This document shows positions 12,581 through 23,763 of a DNA stretch of 62,319 bases, piece after piece (the first letter of the stretch is position 1; the number at the start of each line of letters is the position of its first letter). Origin of the DNA: Octopus bimaculoides (lineage: Eukaryota). The translations under genes were made by a program, and so were the position numbers. The stretch covers positions 5,171,605-5,233,923 of the forward strand of contig NC_068997.1 of NCBI RefSeq assembly GCF_001194135.2, written 5' to 3'. Under the pieces are notes generated by a model. It ran no database searches. It was not told where the DNA came from and saw only the letters and a list, made by a program, of their open reading frames with translations.

Positions 12581-13260
12581 GTCCTTTCGAGTATAGGCAC
12601 AAAGCTTGAAATTAGGGGGGAGGGGGTTCGTCTATTACACAGACGCCAGTGCCCAACTAGTACTTATTTCATCAACTCTTGTGTTCAACTGGTACTTATT
12701 TTATCGACCCTGAAAGGATTAAAGGCAAAGCCACCCTCGGCGGCATTTGAACTCAGAGCGTAAAGGCAGACGGGTTAACGTTTCTGCCAGCTTACCGCCT
12801 TAATAATAACGATAATGGTCGCAAATTTTGGCACAAGGCCAGCAATTTCGGAGGATGGGGCAAGTCAATTACATCGACCCCAGTAATCAACTGGCACTTA
12901 ATAATAATAATCTTTTTTTGGTTAACCTTTTTTCTTTTATTTTCTATAAGTAAAAGGCCTGAAATTTTGGGGGGATGGGGTAGTTAATTATATTGATTCC
13001 AGTGCTCCAACCTCGTTGGCATTTGAACTCAGAACGAAAAGACAAACCAAATGCCGCGTAGCATTTTGTCCGACGTGCTAACGATTCTACTAGCTTACCG
13101 CTTTAGGATAATAATAGTAATAATAATAATAATCCTTTTGGCGTCCTTTCTACTATAGGCACAAGGCCTGAAATTTGGTGGTGGGGAGGGGACTAGTCGA
13201 TTACATCAACTCCAGCACACAACTGGCACTTAATTTATCGACCCGCAAAGGATGAAAAGG
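12570..13260 (-). mobile_element. Cluster of about 4 full or partial copies of the abundant tRNA-type SINE (Meta-domain-like core GCCTTTCATCCTTTCGGGGTCGATAAATTAAGTACCAG), separated by (AAT)n
   Basis: Repeated motifs GGCACAAGGCC, CAACTGG(T/C)ACTTA and ATTTGAACTCAGA; the family name is from memory. Confidence 0.8.
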
Positions 13261-13272
13261 GTATTTATTTAC

Positions 13273-13358
13273 CTGAGGTCTGTGTCCTCCAAAACGAATT
13301 TGATATTCTCATCAGTAAGCTGTGAGATGCTTACAACAGGTCGATTGGCGTAAGGCAT
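13273..13358 (-). CDS. POLR2C: RNA polymerase II subunit RPB3, coding exon 1 (86 nt)
   Basis: Reverse complement reads [28 protein letters not shown], followed by donor GTAAAT; matches the known RPB3 N-terminus [28 protein letters not shown]. Confidence 0.97.
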
Positions 13359-13525
13359 GAATAGCGAGTGTTAAACACATGGAATAGAGAGAGAAAGATA
13401 ATTGCGAAGAAATTTCTTGAAGACGAACAGAACTATATTGTGGAAGTGTGTTCTCAAGCTGATAGTTAACAACAGAGATAAAAGTATGGAAACCAATATA
13501 TCACATTGGTCACCAACTGGATTAT

Positions 13526-13540
<15 letters not shown>
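13359..13540 (-). promoter_or_regulatory. Probable 5' UTR and core promoter of POLR2C
   Basis: Unique, CpG-containing sequence directly upstream of the ATG; the TSS cannot be identified from sequence. Confidence 0.45.
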
Positions 13541-13606
<66 letters not shown>

Positions 13607-13950
13607 NNNNNNNNNNATATGGAAAAAAGACAAAGTAGAAAATGCCAAAATACTTTTATAAAGAACATTACAGAACCGGTTTCGATCCTTGAGATCTTTT
13701 CAACAGTAAATATGAATAATAGATTTTTGAAAAATTATTGAAAAATTAAATTTTGGTAAATTTAAAAGAAAAGTCTTTTTAAAGACATATTTGTATAGTA
13801 TTCAAGTAACAGTGGCATTTTTCTTGTTTCTGCCTGTCTCTGTTTTACTTGTTAACTCTTGAGTGAGTGGGAAAAACTAAAGAGAAAGGCATTTAACACA
13901 TTTAGTAGGAGTTATCTCTATTACTATTTGAAGCAGTTTGATTTGGACTA

Positions 13951-14093
13951 TGCCCGAGGACCCGGAGCTCTGAGGGGCCCCGCACTCTATATGTTAACTC
14001 TATTGATATCAATGCTAAGGGCCCCTTAGCATTGATATCAATAGAGTTAACATATAGAGTGCGGGGCCCCTCAGAGCTCCGGGTCCTCGGGCA
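13951..14093. repeat. Perfect 71-bp inverted repeat with a 1-nt spacer (palindromic MITE-like element)
   Basis: 13951-14021 is the exact reverse complement of 14023-14093; the match extends imperfectly to about 13943-14101. Confidence 0.93.
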
Positions 14094-14169
14094 GTGTCCA
14101 ATTGACCGACGGCTCAGTTCGCCCCTAGTCTACATCAAGAAAAACATTATGGACGATACAGGACAAAAT

Positions 14170-14205
<36 letters not shown>

Positions 14206-14299
14206 CGTGCGTATGTTACTGTGAGGATTTTGCGTGTAAATAGGTGTAACAAAAAAAAAAGTAAAAAGCTGATAACATTTTAACAACGAGTATTCCTCA

Positions 14300-15172
14300 A
14301 TAAAGAGGAGACGTTCAAGAGCTGCTCAGGGACAAACAAAAAAAGACATAAAACCATGGGTACCCTGATTTCCTTATCTCCGATTTACAGGCGTATGCTC
14401 AGGGCAAGCCTGTGCACTCGCACCATTCTCGCCACTTTCATCCACCTTTCAACAAAACGGCTGGAAGGCAACGCTTCACTCTCCACCCACTTCAAGTGAA
14501 AAATGAAAGTGTTTGTTGTCAGCCCTTTCAGTCTCGTCCACTATACAACCTCTTTCGCCGTGGCCACTAGGCATGTAAAAATTGCTTGCCCTTCCCGGTT
14601 AAAAGAAGGCGTCGGGGTGATCTTCACGATAGATTCCGTTAATAGTCGGATCCGCCCACACGTGACAACAGATGTTCGACATAAACCCATATGTCAGCAA
14701 TGCACGGACACTGAACGAATGCGTACAAGACGGTTTCGTCGCTCTGCTCTCATCTTGGACATGTTCGGCTGACGGCACTTCCATGCCTGTAGGAAGTGCT
14801 GGATTTGTAGTGTCAGCACATTATCAGTCACATACTCAGTCCACCACGCAGCGAAGGTTGACAATAGATAGATCGCCTGGCCATCGAACGCGTTCCTTTC
14901 ACAAGAAGGACCACCGCCAGGTACAGGTACACTAGCGTAGCTAGGGGTGGGATGGGGCAGTCCGTTCCGGGCAGCACTTTTGGGTCTACTGTAGGTAATG
15001 TGTTTTTCGTGGGGTCCGGGGTGAGGGCGGAAGAGGCGCCCCGGGCAGCACACACTAGCTACGCTAGTGTTCAGGTGGTTGACCCTATCAAGACCTTTGG
15101 ATTGATCCAAATTGATCAGGGCCCCACTCATGCCAAGTTCTTTATCCACTGTCTCTATGATGTACCGTATTA
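14300..15172 (-). mobile_element. L1/Tx1-clade LINE fragment, internally deleted
   Basis: SGALINLDQSKGLDRVNH (start of RT) joined to a C-terminal region homologous to the copy at 15696-16560. Confidence 0.8.
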
Positions 15173-15319
15173 GGTGGAGGTTGTCGTAGATGGATCTTTT
15201 TAGGATGGCTCGTAGCTAACACTTTGGTCAAAATGTTAAATTCTGCATTTAGCAGAGTTATGGGCTAAGGTTATCGATACAATCCCCCTTGTTTGGGTCT
15301 CTTCTCTACAACGCCACTG

Positions 15320-15630
15320 CTAACAAAACTGAGAATTCTCTCCGACATAGCATGTCCCAGTGACAACAGGATCAATGTAAAAGAAGAAGAAAAAAACTAT
15401 GACGATTTAAAGTGGGAAATACGAAGGTTGTGGTCAATGAAGAGAGTAGACATGCGTCACTACAATACCAATAGTAATTGGTACACTTGGAAGTATCAGC
15501 ACTCAGCTACCAACATAGCTGAAAAAGATCGGTGCAAGTGTGAGGGTAGAACACCTACAAAAATCAGCATTGTTTGGAACTGCAAGAATTCTTGGCAGGG
15601 ATCTTGAAGCATGACCAGTAAACAAGTGTC
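15320..15630 (+). mobile_element. R4/Dong-like non-LTR element, C-terminal restriction-like endonuclease remnant
   Basis: DIACPSDNRINVKEEEKNYDDLKWEIRRLWSMKRV... and, after a frameshift, EHLQKSALFGTARILGR. Confidence 0.72.
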
Positions 15631-15695
15631 ACCTTAGTCTGCTGGCTGTGGACAGCTGACACTTTCCATCATACTCAGCGAAATAAGCTGTGAGT

Positions 15696-16560
15696 TTTTT
15701 AATAAATTTATTTTTTCATTAGCCACAAGGGCTCACATACAAAAACATTAAATGACATACACCATAAAAGGCAAAAACAGGACGATACGAAGGGTTTTAC
15801 AGCGTGTAAATAATATAAATAACAATTAAAAATTTAAACAAATTAAACTTCCAATAGGGGAGGTGCTTTAAGGTCCTCGTGGAAAAACCCACAAAAGCCA
15901 CGGATGCCTGAACCACAGGGCAAGAGCCCTTCTCCTTTGATTCCCTTTTTACAGGTGCATGCTCAGAATTAGTCCTTTCACACTGGCCATTCTTCCAACA
16001 TTCACCCACCTTTCAACAAACTTGCTAGAAAGCAACACTTCCCTCACTTTCCTTTTCAAGTGAAGCTTGAAAAAGTTGATGAGGGTTTGGCTAAAGAGAA
16101 AAGTGTCTGACGTTAGCCCTTTCAAACAAGTCCACCATACTACTTGTTTTGCTACAGTCACCAGACAAATAAAAAATTGTCTGCCCCGCCTGGCCAAAGG
16201 AGGGCGGCGGGGCAATCTTCACTATGGATTCAGCTGATAGTCGGATACGTCCTACATGCGACAGCTGGTGTTCGACATAAACCCACAGGTTAGCAATGCT
16301 TGGGCCCTGGGCGAGGGCGTGCAGAACGGTTTCGTCGTTCTGCGCGCATCTTGGGCAGGCTCGGCTGACGGCACTCCTATGCCCGTAAAGTTTATCCCCA
16401 ACGGGCAGCACCCCTCGGTAGCACTGCCAGGCAAGGGATTTCTGGAAGTTATCCATATAGGCCCAGGCCCGAAAGTTCTCTGAAACAGACCAGTAAGTTG
16501 ATCCTCGTCGACGCCCAGAGTTTCCCCGAGAACGTCGTCGCACTTTCTCTCCTCTAACCC
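15696..16560 (-). mobile_element. L1/Tx1-clade LINE 3' end
   Basis: ORF 16091..16543 (FQKSLAWQCYRGVLPVGDKL...CPRCAQNDETVLHAL, zf-RVT-like zinc knuckle); 3' UTR with AATAAA and an A-rich tail at about 15696-15720. Confidence 0.85.
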
Positions 16561-16562
16561 GC

Positions 16563-16793
16563 TATTTAATAATAATAATCCTTTCTACTACAGGCACAAG
16601 GCCCGAAATTTGGGGAAGAGGGGGATAGTCGATTACATCGATCCCAGTACTCAACTGGTAATTTATCGACCCCGAAAAGGTGAAAACTCAGAATGTAGCG
16701 ACGGGCGAAATACCCCTAAGCACTTCGTCCAGCGTGCCACCGATTCTACCAGTTCGTCAATAATAATAATAATAATAATAATAGTAATAGTAA

Positions 16794-16825
<32 letters not shown>
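16563..16825 (-). mobile_element. Same SINE family, CpG-intact copy with (AAT)n/(AGT)n flanks
   Basis: Same motifs as 12570-13260. Confidence 0.8.
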
Positions 16826-16849
16826 AATAGGAAAAAGAAGTAAAATGGA

Positions 16850-18252
16850 GAAATTGATATATAGACATCCGTTTGTTCATAAATAATTTAGATACCCATA
16901 TCCATCAACGCAAAACTAACGTATTTAGTTTTCCACTGAACATTGGTAAAAACCCGGAGAACTAGGATGCAAACATCCTTTAAAGGATTACAGGTCCTTA
17001 CCATAATTATATATATATAGATAAATATTTTTATTTTTTAAAGCCCAAACCCTGTGAGTTATAAGAAATAAAGCCAGTAAAAGGAAATCTTCGAAGAAAT
17101 GGTGTTGTAACCTAACTTAACTGTTCTTGTATTTTTTTTTTATCACTTACATTATTTTGACTTTTAAAAAAGTAAAAATTACGAGCATATATGTGTAATT
17201 ATATGTTGACCTTATTGAATAGGTACCCCACCTGTTTTATTTTTTTGACTACCATTTCTTCATCATGTCCGTCCAAAATCTATAGCTATATTTTTGAGTA
17301 AAGACAGGCAATGATGCTTGTCTATCTTTTTAGAGATTTGATTTGTGAGAGATGTATGTGTATAGACATGTTTTCGAAGATTACAGAAATTGCAGATAAT
17401 GTAGTTCGCGTAGAAGCAAGTGTGTGTGATGGCCTCCGAGAGGAGAGGGACTAATATGATTTAATTTGCTGACATTTCTTCTGAGCGAAACCGACTAAAA
17501 TAGAAAGTAACAGATTGCGATATCATTGCAGCTTTTTTCTTCCTTCTTTCTTCTTGTGTCTCATTAAATAATTATTACAGCACTGAGGACTACTAATCAC
17601 CAACAAGTCGAGCAAATATATATTTATCTTCCACACAAAACAACAGCAACAGCAAAACCTTAACTTTATTTGTTTAATTCCTAACTCTACCACATTGCAT
17701 GTTTCGAGATTAAGTCACGTCTTCCTTCTTCGGTGGAAATTTATGCAAATATTTGATCTCATCTTTGCTTTTTCCAGGAGTCAAAGCGAAACCCGAACCT
17801 TTGAAAATACTCACAATAGTTTATTAGTATTGTTGTTGTTGTTTTTGATAAAGGTAGATTCAATGTGTTCCTATTTGTGCGTAGGTTAATACACATACTG
17901 ACATCTGTCCCACGTACATTTAGTTCCAATCTCGCACACATCTCTCTCTCTCTCTCTCTATTTCTGTTTGTCTCTAGTCTCTCACACTCTTCAACGTGTA
18001 TGTTTATATATAAGCATGTACGTATAGTTAGTAGCTGTACTTATATCAATAAAAACCACCGCAGTAAACATTACAGTGATTGCTGAAATAGCCACCTGAA
18101 AAAGAAGACGAACTCTTTGGAAAAACGAAACAACATCCAAACAAATAACAGAACCCGAAACAAGACTTGCTCCCTTCTATTCGAAACTTGGATCGTCTTC
18201 ATTGTCAGTTTTAAAGAAAGGAAACCGATAGAGAGAGAGAAAGAGAGGGAGC
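16850..18252 (+). promoter_or_regulatory. Probable promoter and 5' UTR of RPRD1
   Basis: Largely non-repetitive, CpG-retaining sequence upstream of the ATG, with (CT)n and (GA)n tracts; TSS not determinable. Confidence 0.45.
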
Positions 18253-18403
18253 ATGTCGTCTTTTTCGGACAGCAACTTCGTGAAGAAGTTGTCTGAATTA
18301 AACAATACACAACAAAGTATTCAGACTTTATCTCTGTGGCTCATCCATCACCGCAAACACTCAAAGTCCATTGTCCAGGTTTGGTTCCGAGAACTTCAGA
18401 AAG
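18253..18403 (+). CDS. RPRD1B: RPRD1A/B (CREPT-like, CTD-interacting domain) exon 1 (151 nt)
   Basis: MSSFSDSNFVKKLSELNNTQQSIQTLSLWLIHHRKHSKSIVQVWFRELQK, donor AG|GTAAGT; typical RPR/CID N-terminus. One invertebrate gene is expected to correspond to both vertebrate RPRD1A and RPRD1B. Confidence 0.97.
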
Positions 18404-19369
18404 GTAAGTTAATTATTGTTCTTGTTAATTAACCCACTCTAGGCCAACAGAAGCCGTGACCATCCCGTCTTTTATTCAGATACAGCATATCAGCTATCAT
18501 GTCTTAAATCTCCTTCCTCAGTTTTTTAAAAAAAGGTGTGGTCAACGGTGAACAAGATGAGGGGAGACTTAGCTTTCATTTCCAGCTTGTTAATTGTTGT
18601 GGATTGAGCAGAATCTCACCAAATTAGACCTTAAATCACTTCTAGGATATCTTACAAAAACATGCCAATATTTCAGTGTTCGCCATCCGTCTGTTACTTC
18701 GTTTAAGCTCCCTAATTATCTGGTACCTGATACAAGTAGTACTTAGCCGTGGCCCCAGGATCAACAAAGTATTTCAGTTACATGCTGCATGTTGCTATTT
18801 ACTAATATTGTTTCTTTATGGGACTGTAACGATTGTGTGTATGATTAGTAGTTGGCTTATTGGTAAAAGGTTTGGGTTAGGCTGCATGTGGCATGTTGAG
18901 ATGGCTGCGTCTGAAGAAAGCCTGCGAAAGATTGAATCTTACGTAGTTATTTCAATGCTTTGAAATAAATTGGCTCAAGATCATTTACACTCATTATAAA
19001 TTTCAAAGTGTTTCACACCTTCTACGAGTGGGAAATAATACAAATGTAAGTTAAATGGGAATCTATTACAGTTGTAAAAGACTACGACTAAGTTGATGTG
19101 AAGCTTGTGTGAGGTTTACTATCGATAAGTTAGTTGTCAGTATGGTGGGTCACTTTTAGTAAGCAGAACTGGTGGAATTGTTGGAATCAAAATGTATTTT
19201 CTCTTCATAGTATCATTCTCTCTCTATTTTATAACGAGTTAACTGTTTACATGTAACTGTAATTTTACACACTCACACACACAGACATATATATATTTTC
19301 ACACATACTTCAAATATCTGGCAGAGTAGGATATATGCTAGTTAACTGTATAGTTAATCGGGTTGCACA

Positions 19370-20657
19370 GGAAGATTTCATACCCAAAGACTGGTATAGC
19401 AACATCATAGTATCATATAGTCAACTGTTACTAGGATAAATGAAATGCCTTACATAGAAGTAATTACAGAGGTATCAAATTACTGGATCAGGTCATGAAA
19501 ATCACTAAAAGTGATAACTTAAGAAGAAAGTTAACTAGATGAGATGCAGTTTAGTTTTGTACCAGAAAGAAGTACTACTGATGCACTCTTTATATTAAAG
19601 CAATTTCAGGAGAAGTACTTAGCAAAAGATAAACCACTGTACTTTGCATTTGTTGACCTTGTGAAAGCCTTTGATAGGATGCCTCACTTCTTGATATGGT
19701 GTTTGCAGTGGAATCTAAATGTAGATGAATGGCTAGTGAGCTGTTCAAGTCTTGTACAGGTTTGCTGTCAGTAAGATGAAAGTTAATAGTTACAACAATG
19801 AATTTAGTGTGCAGATAGTTCATTGAGGTTTGGTTATCAGTCCCCTCCTATTTATCTTAGTCCTATAGGCCATACCAGAGGAATTTAAAACTAACTGCCC
19901 ATGGGGACTCACCAACATTGATGACCTTGTTCTTATAGCTGAAAGTATTGGAAGTAGAAATGAAATTCCAGGTATGGAAGCAAAATCTGGAATCAAAGAG
20001 CCTTAGAGTTAGTATCGCAAAGACTAATGTTCTAGTTAGCAGGAAAACAAACAGGACACTAATCATTTGTGCAAATGGCTCTCTTCCATATGTTAAAGAA
20101 GTGTATGTAGAAATTTCATATGGTGTATTCAGTGCAAACTATGGACACATAAGAGGTGTAGTGGAATCACAGGAAGGTCAATAGAAAAAGTTGACTGTGT
20201 ATGTAGCTGATGCATAGGTGCAATAAACACTAAGAGCATACAGAAAATAGATTTCCTAGAATGTCCAGGAGAATCCTTAGTGGTAGTAGATAGTTTCTCA
20301 TACCTAGAAGCCCTAATTAGCAGTGGTGGGGTGATGTTCTGAAAGTATAATTGCTAGAAAAAGAACTGGCTGGAGAAAGTTTAGAGAGCTATTACTTATA
20401 TTGGTTACAAAAGGTTTCACTTTCAGAGTGAAAGGCAGATTGTACGATGCCTGTGTATGAACAGCAATGCTACATAGTTGTGAAACTTGAGCTGTGAATG
20501 CAGAAGACATGCAAAGACTAGAAAGAAAAGAAGCCAGCATGCTGTGTTAGATGTATAACATCAGTGTGTATGTATGACTAAGTATAAATGTGTTGAGGGA
20601 AAAATTGGGCCTAAGAGGTATGAGATATGGTGTGCAAGAGAGATGACTGTGCTGATA
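19370..20657 (+). mobile_element. Old RTE LINE fragment in RPRD1 intron 1
   Basis: QFSFVPERSTTDALFILKQFQEKYLAKDKPLYFAFVDLVKAFDR and VWKQNLESKSLRVSIAKT, with many stops and frameshifts. Confidence 0.88.
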
Positions 20658-21548
20658 TGAGGTGGTATCAAAAAGTTTCCGAACTACTTTTGTAGCACGC
20701 CAACAGATGGCAGCACACAGTTGTGTGTGCAGTGAGAGCTAACAGTGATGGTCATGGGACAGTGTACTGAGTGACATCACTGTGTTTACTTGACAAGTTG
20801 TGAATTTTGTGTTTTTGTGATTGCATGTATGTGGTAGTCTGCGGCTTTTGTCATGGACAGGAAGTTGGAACAAAGAGTCAACACGAAATTTTGCGTTAAA
20901 CTTGGGAAGTCTGCTACAGAGACATTGAGCATGGTTCAGCAAGTTTATGGCAACAAGGCAATGGGTCGTATGCAATGTTTTGAATGGTGCAGGTGCTTCA
21001 AAAGTGGAAGAACATCCCTGGAAGATGATGAGCAATCTGGAAGACCTCCCAGGAGTGTCACTCCTGGAAATGTGGAGAAAATTCATCTGCTTGTGAATGA
21101 AGATCGTCAGAGAACAATCAATGATGTTTTGAAGCATTTGAGGGAGGATACTTGGCAACAGGGACTGGATCTGTGAAGAGCAAAGGTACACTCTGTACAA
21201 CAATACACTCTGCCACTGAGCTCTCCTCATTCATGAATTTCCCGCCAAGAACAACATAGTATCACTTCTGCAAGCAACCTATTTGCCAGATTTAGCACCT
21301 GCGGACTTCCATCTCTTCCCCAAGATGAAAATGCAGCTCAAAGGTTGCCATTTTAACGACATTGTCAAGATCAAGAGCAAATTGCAGAAGGTCCTCGAAT
21401 TGCTGACAGAAAACAACTTCCAGGCCAGATTCCAAAAGTAGCAAGAATACTGGGACCAATGTATTGCTACGCAAGGTGACTATTTCGAAGAAGATGATGT
21501 TAAAACTTCAGTAAATAAGTTATTGTTTATTAAACACAACTAGTCCAG
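20657..21548 (+). mobile_element. Internally deleted mariner element
   Basis: 5' TIR TATGAGGTGGTATCAAAAAGTTTCCG; HTH region MDRKLEQRVNTKFCVKLGKSATET...WCRCFKSGRTSLEDDEQSGRP; later DLAPADFHLFPKMK; 3' TIR cut off. Confidence 0.9.
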
Positions 21549-22530
21549 GCTCCAATCCAATCTGGCAAAGTTTCTACAGCTGGATGCCCTTCCTAATGCC
21601 AACCACTCCAAGAGTGTAGTGGGTGCTTTTTACGTACCACCAGCACAACGACCAATCAGGCAGTACTGGCAATGACCACACTCGAATAGTGCTTTTTACA
21701 TGCCACCGGCACAGGAGCCAGTCAGGTGGCACTGGCAACGACCACACTCGAATGGTGCTTTTAACGTGCCACTGGTATGGGTGCCAATCAGGTGGTACTG
21801 TCATTGGCCACGACAACGATTTCACTTGCCTCGACAGGTCTTCGCAAGCGCAGTTTATTGCCCAATGATTGAAGGGTCCTCTTAAATGGGATGGTTATTC
21901 TGCACTGGCATAGACCACAGCTACGGTCTCACTTGGCTTGCCGGGTCTTCTCAAGCACAGCATATCTCCAAAGGTCTCGGTCACTAGTCATTGCCTCGGT
22001 GAGGCCTAATGTTTGAAGGTCATGCTTCACTACCTCATCCCAGGTCTTCCTGGGTCTACCTCTTCCACAGGTTCCTTCTAGTGCTAGGGTGTGATACTTT
22101 TGCACACAGCTGTCCTCATCCATACGCTACACATGACCATACCAGCACAATCATCTCACTCACACACCACATCTGATGCTTCTTAAGTCCAACTTTTCTC
22201 TCAGGGCGCTTACACTCTGTCATGTATGCATACTGACATTACACATCCAGCGGAGCATACTGGCTTCATTCCTTGCAAGCTTATGCATGTCCTCAGCAGT
22301 CATGGCCCATGTTTCACTGCCATATAGCATGGCTGTTCGCACACATGCGTCATACAATCTACCTTTTACTCTGAGCAAGAGGCCCTTTGTCACCAGCAGA
22401 GGTAGGAGCTCTCTGAACTTTGCCCAGGCTATTCTTATTCTAGCAGCTACACTTTCAGAGCACCCACTCCCACCACTGACTTGGTCACCTAGGTAATAGA
22501 AGCTATCAACTTCTTGTAGTTTTTCTCTCT
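21549..22530 (-). mobile_element. RTE LINE 3' part (end of ORF2 plus 3' UTR), antisense to RPRD1
   Basis: EVDSFYYLGDQVSGGSGCSESVAARIRIAWAKFRELLPLL...GRGRPRKTWDEVVKHDL, followed by the repeat-containing 3' UTR. Confidence 0.92.
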
Positions 22531-22574
22531 TAAATATAATATTTAACAATAATTTTGATCAAGAACCTGTTAAA

Positions 22575-22859
22575 CAATGGTTCTCAACTGTTTTTTTAAC
22601 CTTTGGATGCCTTTGATAACAATTTTATTCTTGTGGGCTCCCATAGTCATTCAATGTTTAAAAACTATAGATACTTTCAAAATTTTTGTTTTGCTTTTCA
22701 TACATAAACTTGTGTAAGCTGAACTATATAAAACATTAGAGAAAGAAACCTAGCTGTTTCTTACAATAAATATATCCTAAGTAACATTTTTACATGGACT
22801 CTTAGTATACTACTGTGGACCCCAAAAAATCTTATATCAATCCCAGTTGAGAACCACTG
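22575..22859. mobile_element. hAT MITE with a perfect 8-bp TSD
   Basis: Termini CAATGGTTCTCAAC...GTTGAGAACCACTG; CTGTTAAA at both 22567-22574 and 22860-22867. Confidence 0.92.
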
Positions 22860-22904
22860 CTGTTAAATAAAATCTGAATTCCTTATTTAACTGTAATTTT
22901 CCAG

Positions 22905-23034
22905 TGAAACCAAACAAGAAGCTTCACTTCATTTATCTTGCTAATGACGTCATCCAGAACAGCAAGAAGAAAGGCCCAGAATTTTCCAAAGACTTTGGTA
23001 CCATTCTGCCTAATGCTTACAAACACACAGCAAA
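22905..23034 (+). CDS. RPRD1B: RPRD1 exon 2 (130 nt)
   Basis: TTCCAG acceptor; (V)KPNKKLHFIYLANDVIQNSKKKGPEFSKDFGTILPNAYKHTA with the CID LYLANDVIQ motif; GTAAGT donor. Confidence 0.97.
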
Positions 23035-23399
23035 GTAAGTATTTGTTTAGATTATCATATTAAGAATGTTATTTTTGTTGTTGATTATGCACCCCCTCTA
23101 CTAAGTTCCTATAAAAGAATCTTCTTATAACCAGCCCTTGTTTTATTCAGATCTGGTCTGTATATAATTACATTTTCCAGTGTATTATTTCTGTATAAAA
23201 GGTAAATTTGGCTGTTATTTTTAGCAGGTTCAGTGCTTACCTAAAAACTCCTTATTGTCTTCATTGATGCAGTGGGAGGATCTTCTGGATTGGCATAATC
23301 TTTAGAGCATTGGACTTGTTCTAGCTTGATGTTCTTAGTTCAAATCGTACTACTGTTAGTTTTGCTTTTTATCCCTCTGGGGACAAAATGTTTAGCAGC

Positions 23400-23705
23400 A
23401 TTTGTTTTGAGTTTGAATTTTACATAAGTCAACTTTGCTTTTCATCCTTTTGAAAAGTTGAGTACTGGGGTTGATAAAATAAGTCCTAATCAAGCACTGG
23501 GGTTGATGTTATCTTCTACCTCCCAACTCCCAATTTTAGGCCTTGTACCTATAGTAGAAAGGACTATTACTATTATTGCCATTGGGGTCAATTTTGCCTT
23601 TCATCCTATGAGGTTCATAAAATAAGTACCATTTGAGCACTGGGGTTGATGTAGTCAACTTAACCCCTCTCCCAAAATTGCTGGCCTTGTGCCAAAATTT
23701 GAAAC

Positions 23706-23763
<58 letters not shown>

